64,000 nt of DNA from the NCBI GenBank assembly GCA_963707985.1, contig CAVPRW010000042.1, positions 160,001 through 224,000 on the forward strand. The letters are read 5' to 3'. Positions within the stretch are counted from its first letter, which is position 1; every line of letters begins with the position of its first letter. Positions 20,594 to 30,154 of this stretch are shown here, in pieces. Both the position numbers and the translations under genes were made by a program. The notes under the pieces are model-generated. The model had not been told where the DNA came from and ran no database searches. It worked only from the letters and a program-made list of their open reading frames with translations. This stretch comes from an uncultured Nitrospinota bacterium (lineage in GTDB: Bacteria; Tectomicrobia; Entotheonellia; J063; CAVPRW01).

Positions 20594-21340
20594 CTACTTG
20601 TGCCCACCATGATAGATGGACACTTCCGTCACTTCGCCACTGATCTCGACTCTCACCGTGGTACGCGTATACTGAAAACCACCATCGCGGATCAGGCGGA
20701 AGAAGTCTCTAGCGATCGGTCGATTCGGCTCGGCTAAAATAAAGTGTCCATTCGGTTCCAGCGTTCGATACAACAGCTGCAAGAGCGGGTGAAAGTTGGC
20801 GCGCTCATAGAGCACATCTGAAGCCAAGATCACGGCATAGGTCTGATTGAGCGTCGGAGCGTGCCAGTCGAGATGCCGAACAATTGCGTGTGGGCAGCCG
20901 TTCCGATAGATATTGTAGCGTGTGAATGCCAGCGCATCAGCCTCATAATCGGTGAACGTCAGCACACCACCCTTGCGACTGGCGGCAATCCCTGCCAACC
21001 CCAACCCGCAGCCGAGCTCGAGCACCTCTACACCTTGCAGGTCGACAGCCTCGCAGACATACTGGGCCAGCGCCAGGGAAGAGGGCCACAGATCGGCCCA
21101 GTACGGTAGGCGCTCATCAGGTCGAAACTGAATCTTGGGGAGTCGATCGAGTAACGTGTCGACATCTGCTACACGGAGCAGCTCGATGGTCAGCCCACCG
21201 CACATGATGGTTTGCAGCATAGTGTCGTAGGAGGTCTCGATGGCTTTCTGAAGATAACGCAGGCGGCGTTGCCGACGCCTCCAGCCTATAGCTGTCGGCT
21301 CACCGACTCTCTCCGCATCGGGGTTCAGAGGTATGCTCAC
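20594..21340 (-). CDS. SAM-dependent methyltransferase (Methyltransf_16 / lysine MTase-like)
   Basis: PYWADLWPSS, VLELGCGLG, TDY, LDW and ASDVLYE motifs. Confidence 0.88.
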   Translation of the reverse strand: MSIPLNPDAERVGEPTAIGWRRRQRRLRYLQKAIETSYDTMLQTIMCGGLTIELLRVADVDTLLDRLPKIQFRPDERLPYWADLWPSSLALAQYVCEAVDLQGVEVLELGCGLGLAGIAASRKGGVLTFTDYEADALAFTRYNIYRNGCPHAIVRHLDWHAPTLNQTYAVILASDVLYERANFHPLLQLLYRTLEPNGHFILAEPNRPIARDFFRLIRDGGFQYTRTTVRVEISGEVTEVSIYHGGHK

Positions 21341-21367
21341 GGCCGTAACGCTCCGCGGCCGCTTGAC

Positions 21368-22501
21368 CTAAAGGCCCAAGGAAATTGCCACCGCCTCGCG
21401 GTGGGCGTCGGAGTCATCGAAGGCGATTTCAGCCGCCTTCGCTCGTCGTGTATAGAGCTGTAGGTCGTACTCCTTGGTATAGCCGATGCCGCCATGCACC
21501 TGCTGCCCTTCCTTCACGACGCGGCGACAGGCCTCATTGGTCCAGGCTTTTGCCACCGCGATCTCTCGGCCCGCCGGTAGCCCCTCGCTCAGCAGCCAGG
21601 CAGCATGATAGGTGATATACCGTGAACCATCGACGTCGAGCACCATATTCGCCAGCTTGTGTTTGATGGCCTGAAAGCTACCGATGGGGCGACCAAATTG
21701 TACGCGTGTCTTGGCATAGTTGAGACTGATCTCAAAGGCCTGCTGGGCAATGCCCACCATCTCCGCACACTTGGCCACCGCTCCGTATTGCAAGACGTGC
21801 TCGACAATCGTCCAGCCCTTGCCTGGCTCGCCCAGCACCTGACTGCGGGGGATGGTGACATCATTGTAGACCACTTCATACTGATGGTCATCCGCGATCG
21901 TCCCCAGCTTCTCGATCGCCAGGCCAGCGCTTTTCGCGTCGACGAGGAAGAGCGTGATGCTATCCTCCGCTGGAATGCTGGTGCCAGTGCGGGCCACGGT
22001 CAGTATGTAATCGGCGACGTGTGCATAGGGTACGCACAGTTTTGTGCCGTTGAGAATGTAGTTCTCCCCCAGTGGGATGGCAGACGTTTCAATGGCCGCA
22101 GGCTGACTAGTGGCTGAGGGCTCAAGCCAGGCCATGGTGCCGATTAACTCACCCTGGGCAAATCTCGGCAGGTAGGCTCGCCTTTGCTGCTCATCACCGG
22201 CCCACAGCAGCGGGAGTCCGACTTGCACGATGGTGGACACGAACGGACCGGGAACCAGGGCACGTCCGAACTCCTCTAGAAGTACCACCAAGTCCATCAT
22301 AGTCGCACCACTACCGCCATACTCCTCCGGCAACACCAATCCGAACCACCCGAGGTCACCCATTTGCTTCCATAAATTCAGGTCATAGCCTTTGTCATCT
22401 TCCTCCATGGCACGGACCAAGCGGATCGGACACTCTTTCTGGAGGAAATCCCGCGCACTTCCCTGCAGCAGTTCTTGCTCTTCGCTCAAGCTAATATCCA
22501 T
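21368..22501 (-). CDS. Acyl-CoA dehydrogenase (beta-type subunit of a heteromeric pair)
   Basis: LGWFGL..PEEYGG, R.QFGRPIGSFQAIKH and QQVHGGIGYT motifs. Confidence 0.92.
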   Translation of the reverse strand: MDISLSEEQELLQGSARDFLQKECPIRLVRAMEEDDKGYDLNLWKQMGDLGWFGLVLPEEYGGSGATMMDLVVLLEEFGRALVPGPFVSTIVQVGLPLLWAGDEQQRRAYLPRFAQGELIGTMAWLEPSATSQPAAIETSAIPLGENYILNGTKLCVPYAHVADYILTVARTGTSIPAEDSITLFLVDAKSAGLAIEKLGTIADDHQYEVVYNDVTIPRSQVLGEPGKGWTIVEHVLQYGAVAKCAEMVGIAQQAFEISLNYAKTRVQFGRPIGSFQAIKHKLANMVLDVDGSRYITYHAAWLLSEGLPAGREIAVAKAWTNEACRRVVKEGQQVHGGIGYTKEYDLQLYTRRAKAAEIAFDDSDAHREAVAISLGL

Positions 22502-22642
22502 CGCTGCCTCCGCTGTCAGACTCAGTTGCCACACGCGGGCAAAGCTCGTCAGAGACCCCACATACCAAATTCCCCAAAGAATGCGAGCAGTCCCAGGGCG
22601 ACAGCAAGCGCCTGAGGCTGCTCGTAGAGCCTACCGCAGCGG

Positions 22643-23821
22643 TTATCTGGGCAAACCCAGGCCGCGCTCGGCGATGATGTTGCGCTGAATCTCCGAGGTG
22701 CCGGCAGCGATCGTGCTGGAGATCGAGGTGAGATACATGTTTTCGATCTGGCCCTGTAGTGGTGCCCACTTACTGCCTGGTTTCAATTGCCCATAGAGGC
22801 CGAGCAGATCCATACCAACCTGCGCCATGCGCTGCGAGAGTTCGCTCGCGAAGGCCTTCAGGGCTGGGGATTCGGGACCGGGAACCTGCTTATTGTTGAT
22901 GGCCGTGGCAACGCGGTAGGCAATAGCACGGGCGACATCGACCTCAACCGCCATTTGCGCGAGTTTTTGCCGGATGAGCGGATTCTTCGACAGCGGCTGA
23001 CCATTGCGCTTTGTCTGCTTGGCGTAGTCGACGAGGTTTTCCAAGATGCGCTTGGCATGCATCGGGCGCTCGACACCGGCACGTTCAAACGACAGCGTCG
23101 TGGTGGCCATGTACCAGCCGCGATTCTTTTCACCCAGGAGCCCAGATCGTGGCACTCGGACATTGTCGAAGAAGACCTGATTGAAGTGATGCCCTCCTGA
23201 CATGTCGATCAACGGTTGGACGGCAACTCCCGGGCTCTTCATATCAACGAGGAAGTAGGAAATGCCTTTGTGCTTCGGCACCGTGGGATCAGTGCGGGCC
23301 AGCATAAAGATCCACGCTGAGTGTTGCGCGCCACTGGTCCAGATTTTCTGGCCATTGATCACGAAATCGTCCCCGTCCTCGACCGCCGAGGTCTGCAGGG
23401 AGGCCAAGTCAGAACCGGAGTTGGGCTCGCTATACCCTTGGCACCAGATCACCTCGCCGCTGGCGATGCCCGGCAGGTGCATTTTTTGCTGTTCTTCAGT
23501 GCCATATAACATGATGGTCGGGCCAAGGTAGCGAACGGCATTGATACCCACGATGGGGGCTCCGGCGTAGGCCAGTTCTTCGTAGAAAATCACTTGTTTC
23601 CAGAATGGCCAATCTTGTCCACCCAAATCCTTGGGCCAAGAAACCACCAGCCATCCACGCTTGGATAATTTCTTGGTGAACTCGTGCGCAAATCTGAATT
23701 GTTCGTCATCGTCCTGATCGTAAAAGATCTCCTTGCCCCAGCCGGGCGGTAGTTCGGCTTTCAAGTAATCCCGGACTTCCTGGCGAAAGTCGTCTTCTTC
23801 CTTAGACCACTTCCAATCCAT
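22643..23821 (-). CDS. Acyl-CoA dehydrogenase (alpha-type subunit)
   Basis: WCQGYSEPNSGSDLASL, NGQKIWTS and TIAAGTSEIQRNIIAER motifs. Confidence 0.93.
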   Translation of the reverse strand: MDWKWSKEEDDFRQEVRDYLKAELPPGWGKEIFYDQDDDEQFRFAHEFTKKLSKRGWLVVSWPKDLGGQDWPFWKQVIFYEELAYAGAPIVGINAVRYLGPTIMLYGTEEQQKMHLPGIASGEVIWCQGYSEPNSGSDLASLQTSAVEDGDDFVINGQKIWTSGAQHSAWIFMLARTDPTVPKHKGISYFLVDMKSPGVAVQPLIDMSGGHHFNQVFFDNVRVPRSGLLGEKNRGWYMATTTLSFERAGVERPMHAKRILENLVDYAKQTKRNGQPLSKNPLIRQKLAQMAVEVDVARAIAYRVATAINNKQVPGPESPALKAFASELSQRMAQVGMDLLGLYGQLKPGSKWAPLQGQIENMYLTSISSTIAAGTSEIQRNIIAERGLGLPR

Positions 23822-24066
23822 TGTTTGCCCTCCCCTGCTGAGGGAATTTCGCAACGCACAAGTCTACTCGCGAGCTGGGAGAACCAGCGTATCTCAGAAA
23901 TTTCGACCTGGGGTCACGAAAATGGCTAGATTCTTCGCCAGATACGGCGCCAGTGTAACAAGGTGTCTAGAGGAGGTCAAGCTTTTTAAGGGCGACAGGT
24001 GGTCGTCAGATGGACAATCGCACGGGAGAAGGCGAACATCCGCGGCGCCGAGGGATTTGTTCAGCC

Positions 24067-24876
24067 TCACGGGTTACGCATCTGCAATAGCAGCCCGCCG
24101 TGGTGCTGGATCGTCAGCGTATAACACTGGCCGGGCTGCATTTTGGCATAGACGGCCTGGCCAAATGTCGTTCGGACACGCTGTGTTTCAGCATAGGTCA
24201 CATCCTCGATAAGACGCCACAGGTCGCCCCACACGCGCTGTTGAGCGCTGCGGTCGATATCCTGCCGGACATAGGACTGGGGGATACCGTCACCTGGGCC
24301 CTCGCTGCGGTACAGCGGAAACCCCACCTGAGGTGCCATCTGTTCGGTAAAGATCCGCCGAAACATATACAAGCTCTTGGCTCGACCACCTTTGACTGCA
24401 TCACTCTCGAAGAGCGTGACGAAGGCATCGACATAAATCTCTTCGCCCGGCAAAGTAACGACCAGCGGCGGCAGGGGCTCTCCATTCTGGCGAAACTCCT
24501 GAAAGCGCACCGTTGTGCGTACCGGTTCTTCTGCTGATCGCTGCTGATCAAGAATGCAAACCTCCCCTACGCGCTGCTCACCAAGCAAGTTATGAAGATA
24601 GCGCTCATAGACCGATTTCTCGTCCCATAACTCATAGACCCAATATCCTGCCATAAGCATCAGCCCAAGCACACTTATCAGGAGGAGAGTGCGCAGAAGA
24701 CTCAAGGCGCGCTCGAACACGGCCAGGCTGCGGGAAATTCCCCCCATGTCGTTCCCCTTTATCCCCTTATGGGACTTCTTATGGGACTTCAATGCCACCG
24801 ACACCCCCACGAAAACAACAGCGGCTATCATAACACCAGACACCACGGTAGGCCAGGCAAAGGTTGCTCCATCCAC
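24067..24876 (-). CDS. Hypothetical membrane-anchored protein
   Basis: Long ORF with two hydrophobic segments followed by a soluble domain. Confidence 0.6.
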   Translation of the reverse strand: MDGATFAWPTVVSGVMIAAVVFVGVSVALKSHKKSHKGIKGNDMGGISRSLAVFERALSLLRTLLLISVLGLMLMAGYWVYELWDEKSVYERYLHNLLGEQRVGEVCILDQQRSAEEPVRTTVRFQEFRQNGEPLPPLVVTLPGEEIYVDAFVTLFESDAVKGGRAKSLYMFRRIFTEQMAPQVGFPLYRSEGPGDGIPQSYVRQDIDRSAQQRVWGDLWRLIEDVTYAETQRVRTTFGQAVYAKMQPGQCYTLTIQHHGGLLLQMRNP

Positions 24877-25202
24877 ATTAGCCCAAACCTGACAAGGGGA
24901 AAAATGCCAGCCTGCGAGACTCCCTGAAGGATACGGCGGCCAATCCTGGCATCTTTCAGGTCATAACACATGGCTGAGCTTATATCTGAATTTTCAAAAA
25001 GCGTCCTGCATTTTTCTTGACACCCGTGCATACCATGGTGTAGAGAAGGGTAAAGTGGCTGCTCCCACTGGCGTGGGTTGGTCCCTCCTACCGTATTGGC
25101 TGATGAGAACTTTGCGCCCGACTGTTGAGCGAGCGATGCTGCGGAAGTTCCAGAGCCAGGCAGTTTCTCATGCTTCGCTGCACCCTGGCATCCCAGCTTA
25201 TC

Positions 25203-25224
25203 GGTGACAATCAGGTGACAATCA
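25203..25224. repeat. Tandem 11-bp direct repeat GGTGACAATCA x2
   Basis: Seen directly, at the junction between the housekeeping block and the accessory block. Confidence 0.6.
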
Positions 25225-25858
25225 ATGGTAGGTCACACCCCTCCGGGTTCTATCGGTCGTCCATCCATAGGATACCGGCGGTACCAGTGATGGCCATCTG
25301 ATAGCGCAAGCTCCGGTCCCAATATGGAAAATAACTTCCTCGGTCATTCGGTCACGATGATACTATGTTCTCGCGTCGCCGCTTCAACGTTATGCTAGCA
25401 CAGGTAGGAGTGGCAGCGGAGCCGAACGCTGGGGCTGATAACCTCCGCGGGAAAACGCTGACGCGTGTACTGGTCGGTTCTGGATGCTTGACGATTTCCA
25501 CTGGGATTCCTGGGTGTCCCTAGTGCCCAGTCGATGAGTTCACCTACATAGGAACCACCCACTCCGAGATACTCCAGGCATGAGAAATGCTTCTTGGAGA
25601 CGCCTAGCGGGCGCCTGATTGGCGCCATCGTGATCCTGGGTGGCAGCGGCGTGGACTACCAATCCAGTGTTCATGGTGTTGCCTCGTGTGAATAACTACG
25701 TCGGTCGCTAACTATGCGCATTAGGGTTCGGATGAGTCACGCTTTCTGAACGCCATCTAGGCACGGTGGGTTTTGGCCTTCAAGGCCCCCGGTCACTCCA
25801 CGAGGCGCTGGGGCAGCCTGGCGAACTCCTCTTTAGTCTGGTGCGGAGGTTGTCCATT

Positions 25859-27649
25859 ATGGACAGGTTAATTGTAGCCGTAACCCCGGATTCGCTGAAT
25901 TCTATTAGGAAATACGTTACGACGGCCGCTGCTGCCGCGGACTTGGAGAAAAAAGCTGCCAGTCAGCTATGTCGAGCGGTGGACGAAATCGCTACGAGTG
26001 CTATGGCGCACGGCCATGCCGGGGTGAGTGACAAAGATGTGTGGCGCGTGCAGGCCCATATCGACCAGAAATCCTTGACCATCACCCTTGAGGATCGAGG
26101 AGAACCATATGATCCGTATCGGAACTCATCCCGACTGGCCTCAGACGCGTCATTTGAAGATGGGCTGGATCACACGCTACAGGGAGTCGATGAGTTCCGG
26201 TACCAACGCGTTGGAGATTGGAATCGCAACATCTTTGTAATAAAGCGTGCAGTGGTTTCAGCAGAGACCAGCTCGCAGAGCGAGAAGTTGGCCGATGATC
26301 TCATCCGTGTCATTCTTCCTATTGGCATTGCCCTATCGGCGGAGAAGGATTTGGACCGGCTGTTAGAGAGCATCTTGATCCAGGCTAAGTCGGTCTGCAA
26401 CGCAGATGGTGGCACCCTGTATCTACCGGAGGACAACTGCCTCAAGTTCGCCATTATGCATAATGACTCGCTGAATATCACAATGGGCGGGGCTACGGGC
26501 GAAAAGATGCCCTACCTCATGGTACCCCTATATGACGCGACATCAAACAAACCCAATTACAACAACGTCGCTTCCTACGTTGCTCTGTGTGGTCACTCAG
26601 TCAATATCCCCGACATCTATCAGGCGAAGGATTTCGACTTTTCTGGAACCAGGGCGTTTGACCAAAAGAACAATTACCGTTCTATGTCTACGTTTACCAC
26701 CCCCCTCAAAAACCACGACGACGAAGTAATCGGGGTGCTTCAACTGATCAACGCCCAGGACTCCCGAACGGATCGAGTCATTCCCTTTGACTCATATATG
26801 CAACAGCTGGTTGAAGCGTTGGCTTCACAGGCCGCTGTCGTCCTGAACAACCGAATACTCTTAGAACGCCAGAAAGAACTGCTAATCTATGAGCACGACT
26901 TAGAAATCGGCCAACAAATTCAGACCAATTTCCTACCGAGTGAGCTCCCCCAGCCCTCTGGTTGGGAAATTGCTGCCCGCTTCCGTCCCGCGCGCAAGGT
27001 AGCAGGAGATTTCTACGATGCATTCTACGTTGAGGGCGGGACCAAGGTCTGCCTAATCATCGCTGACGTTTGTGACAAGGGGGTCGGTGCGGCGCTTTTC
27101 ATGGCGCTCTCTCGCAGCCTGATCCGGGCCTTCACCGGAGTGAATGAGAACGGCACGACGCGCGTCAAGAACCCTGTCGAACTAACCAATGACTATATTT
27201 CGCAGAATCACGAAAATTCAAATATGTTTGTCACGCTGTTTTACGGTGTGCTGGAACTGGCTAGCGGTCGGCTGTCCTATGTGAACTGTGGGCACAATCC
27301 CCCCATCATCGTCGGTGCAGCGGGTTTCAAGGCACACCTCCAACCCACTGGCCCCGCGGTCGGCATGTTCCCGGAAATCGAATTCAAAATGCAGCAGGCT
27401 GACTTGGAACCGGGGGATGTCCTGTTTACATTCACGGACGGGGTCACCGAGGCCCATGATGCGAACGGCAGTTTCTTCACCGAGAAGCGCCTGCTGCAAC
27501 TGCTCGAGCAGCCGGCCCCGTCTGTGGTGGCGTTGTTGGACCGCATCGACGAGAGCCTGCGCTCCCACATTGGTGCCGCCACTCAATTCGACGATATCAC
27601 CATGATCGCTGCAAGGCGGCAACCTGCGCTCGACGCAGAGCCAAGGTAG
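25859..27649 (+). CDS. RsbW-like HATPase + GAF + PP2C (SpoIIE/RsbU) phosphatase
   Basis: AVDEIAT..(HATPase), ADGGTLYL/GVLQLIN (GAF), VAGDFYD, IADVCDKGVGAALFM, FTDGVTEA and QFDDITM; RBS GGAGGT. Confidence 0.9.
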   Translation: MDRLIVAVTPDSLNSIRKYVTTAAAAADLEKKAASQLCRAVDEIATSAMAHGHAGVSDKDVWRVQAHIDQKSLTITLEDRGEPYDPYRNSSRLASDASFEDGLDHTLQGVDEFRYQRVGDWNRNIFVIKRAVVSAETSSQSEKLADDLIRVILPIGIALSAEKDLDRLLESILIQAKSVCNADGGTLYLPEDNCLKFAIMHNDSLNITMGGATGEKMPYLMVPLYDATSNKPNYNNVASYVALCGHSVNIPDIYQAKDFDFSGTRAFDQKNNYRSMSTFTTPLKNHDDEVIGVLQLINAQDSRTDRVIPFDSYMQQLVEALASQAAVVLNNRILLERQKELLIYEHDLEIGQQIQTNFLPSELPQPSGWEIAARFRPARKVAGDFYDAFYVEGGTKVCLIIADVCDKGVGAALFMALSRSLIRAFTGVNENGTTRVKNPVELTNDYISQNHENSNMFVTLFYGVLELASGRLSYVNCGHNPPIIVGAAGFKAHLQPTGPAVGMFPEIEFKMQQADLEPGDVLFTFTDGVTEAHDANGSFFTEKRLLQLLEQPAPSVVALLDRIDESLRSHIGAATQFDDITMIAARRQPALDAEPR

Positions 27650-28175
27650 CGTTGGCGCGCTATGCGCAAGTACACACTGTGTGGTACAATGGGCGGCCCG
27701 TGATGATCCAGGACAGCTGTCCTTACCTAGATTCTGTGTTGAGGCCACCAAGACTTTGTGCCCTGACCCACCCGTCTGATGGATCCAAGCATGACTCGAT
27801 TGTCATAGTCGGTGACGGAGCAGAAGTTGCGGGGCCAGACTCTATAATATGGGACCCCCACCTTGTCTTGGCGTACATTTTCCGTGATGTGATGTGCCGC
27901 AACAGTGCGTATATCGGTAGGCAGAGGAAACATCTGTGAGTCTTGACTCTCGGTTTATCAACTGGCGATCCGTGAGAAATTCGTATCTGAACGACTTAGC
28001 TCATAGTGGAAGCTCTGGTGATTGGGTTTAGACGACCTGCATGGTGAACCTGATGGTGTCGAGGGAAGGAGATCCCCCGCGCTTATGGCCCTCAGAGGAG
28101 CGTCTGCCAGCGCTCATCTTACATGGCCGTGTGAGTGCTGATAAACAAGGGCGACTAGATCAGGAGTCGAAAGAC

Positions 28176-29882
28176 ATGGCTAATAAAACCGGCCGTTTTG
28201 CGATTATCGAGCAATTCCTCGCCGATGGTCTTCATTATATGTTCGGCAATCCGGGTACCGTGGAGCAAGGTTTTCTTGACGCCTTGTGGGACTACCCGGA
28301 GATGAAATACATCCTGACGCTGCAAGAAACGGTTGCAGTGATGGTGGCGGACGGCTACGCCCGCTCCACCAAGAGACCGACCCTCGTGCAGATACACAGT
28401 ACACCTGGATTAGGCAATGCGATTGGAGCGCTGTATCAGGCCAAGCGAGGACGTTCCCCATTGCTGGTGATCGGTGGAGACGCAGGTGTCAAATACCAGG
28501 CCATGGACTCGCAAATGGCGGGTGATTTGGTGGCGTTGGCCGAGCCTGTGACCAAATGGGCAACGATGGTCCTGGACCCATCCTCGTTACTCCGCGTTTT
28601 GCGCAGGGCAATTAAAATCGCCGCGACTCCACCGATGGGGCCTGTTTATGTCTGTTTGCCACAGGACATTCTGGATGCTCCCGTTGTAGAAGAGGTGCGA
28701 TCAACCTCATTCCCATCCACCAGAGTAGTCCCCGACGAGGAGTCCTTGCAGGCTGCAGCCACAATCCTTGCGCGGGCTCAAAAGCCTATAATCTTGGTGG
28801 GAGATGGGGTGGCCTTTTCAGGAGCGCAGGCTGAACTGACCCAGATGGCGGAAATGCTAGGTGCGGAGGTATGGGAAGCGGATGCTGGCGAATTAAACAT
28901 GAGCCATGCCCATCCCCTTTATCAAGGTTCGACTGGGCATATGTTTGGCTCTCAAAGCCTGCCCATTACCTCGAAAGGAGATGTCATCCTCATATGCGGA
29001 ACATACCTGCTGCCAGAGGTTTTCCCGGAACTGGGAAATATCTTTGCGCCAGGGGCAAAGATCATCCATATCGATCTCAATGCTTATGAGATTGCCAAAA
29101 ACCATCCGGTCGATTTAGGGCTGGTCAGCGATCCGAAACTGACCCTTGCAAAGCTGGCGACCGCCCTTGAAGCAATCAGAACGCCTGAGCAGAGAGAAGC
29201 TACCCAGGCTCGAACCGTTGAGATTGCCAAAGTAAAAGAGGGGAGGCTGACTAGTCAGTTGGAGGGTGATAAGGGCATTCGCGATCACGTACCTCTGCAC
29301 TTTGCGCGTTTCATGGAGGAATTGACGGCGCAACTACCAGAGGATGCGATTATTTTCGATGAAGCCTTGACCAATTCGCCCCCGATTGAACGATACCGAC
29401 CTGCAACCAAACCGGGGCACTATTTTCTCACCCGTGGTGGCTCTCTAGGGGTAGGGATTCCGGGAGCGATTGGGGTCAAACTCGCCAACCCTGACAAGAC
29501 AGTGATCGGGTTTACGGGTGACGGCGGCGCTATGTACACGATCCAAGCGCTCTGGTCAGCAGCTCGGCACAACGTGGATGCCAAATTTGTTATCTGCAAT
29601 AACCGCTCTTACAGGTTACTGCAGGCGAACATCCAAGCTTACTGGAAGGAGCGGCAGATACCGGAGCATGATTTTCCGCTGAGTTTCGATTTATCCAGTC
29701 CTATCATACGTTTTGATGAGATGGCTCGGTCAATGGATGTCCCAGGGATTCGGGTGGAAAAACCCGAGGAAATAGCCCCAGCCATCCGACAGGCATTAAC
29801 CCACAAGGGGCCATTTCTCATCGATCTAGTCCTGGAAGGGAATGTGCACCCTGAAATGATTGGCCTCAGGTGCGGACAATAG
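28176..29882 (+). CDS. Thiamine-diphosphate enzyme (benzoylformate decarboxylase-like)
   Basis: FGNPGTVE, LQE.VAV..ADGYAR and GDGGAMY...NNRSY ThDP motif. Confidence 0.9.
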   Translation: MANKTGRFAIIEQFLADGLHYMFGNPGTVEQGFLDALWDYPEMKYILTLQETVAVMVADGYARSTKRPTLVQIHSTPGLGNAIGALYQAKRGRSPLLVIGGDAGVKYQAMDSQMAGDLVALAEPVTKWATMVLDPSSLLRVLRRAIKIAATPPMGPVYVCLPQDILDAPVVEEVRSTSFPSTRVVPDEESLQAAATILARAQKPIILVGDGVAFSGAQAELTQMAEMLGAEVWEADAGELNMSHAHPLYQGSTGHMFGSQSLPITSKGDVILICGTYLLPEVFPELGNIFAPGAKIIHIDLNAYEIAKNHPVDLGLVSDPKLTLAKLATALEAIRTPEQREATQARTVEIAKVKEGRLTSQLEGDKGIRDHVPLHFARFMEELTAQLPEDAIIFDEALTNSPPIERYRPATKPGHYFLTRGGSLGVGIPGAIGVKLANPDKTVIGFTGDGGAMYTIQALWSAARHNVDAKFVICNNRSYRLLQANIQAYWKERQIPEHDFPLSFDLSSPIIRFDEMARSMDVPGIRVEKPEEIAPAIRQALTHKGPFLIDLVLEGNVHPEMIGLRCGQ

Positions 29883-30154
29883 GTGAGCCATCTATAGGTT
29901 AGCAGATGCAGTCCTGGCCAACAGGGAGGCGGGATCCTTTGGGCTCGTGCGGTTGGGAAGCCATGGTCCATAGAGAGAGCATGGCGCATAGCTAGACCTC
30001 GTGAAGGACGAGGTCACGCGTGCGGAGCCAAAATCCCCCTTTATGAGATCATGACCGCGTCCATAGGGCAACGCGGGTTGGACTGAAATGATGGATCTGA
30101 GACTGACAAGTCCTGACAACGGAGCAAGTCAGATGACCCGAAGGAGGTAACCCA

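Noticed and set aside
25080..25150. CTGATGAG as a hammerhead ribozyme core
   Set aside because: No GAAA follows the candidate stem II, and stems I and III cannot be built.
27653..27668. Sigma-54 promoter TGGCGCGCTATGCGCA upstream of the ThDP gene
   Set aside because: GG-N10-GC spacing fits, but the -12 element lacks TT and the site is about 500 bp from the start codon.
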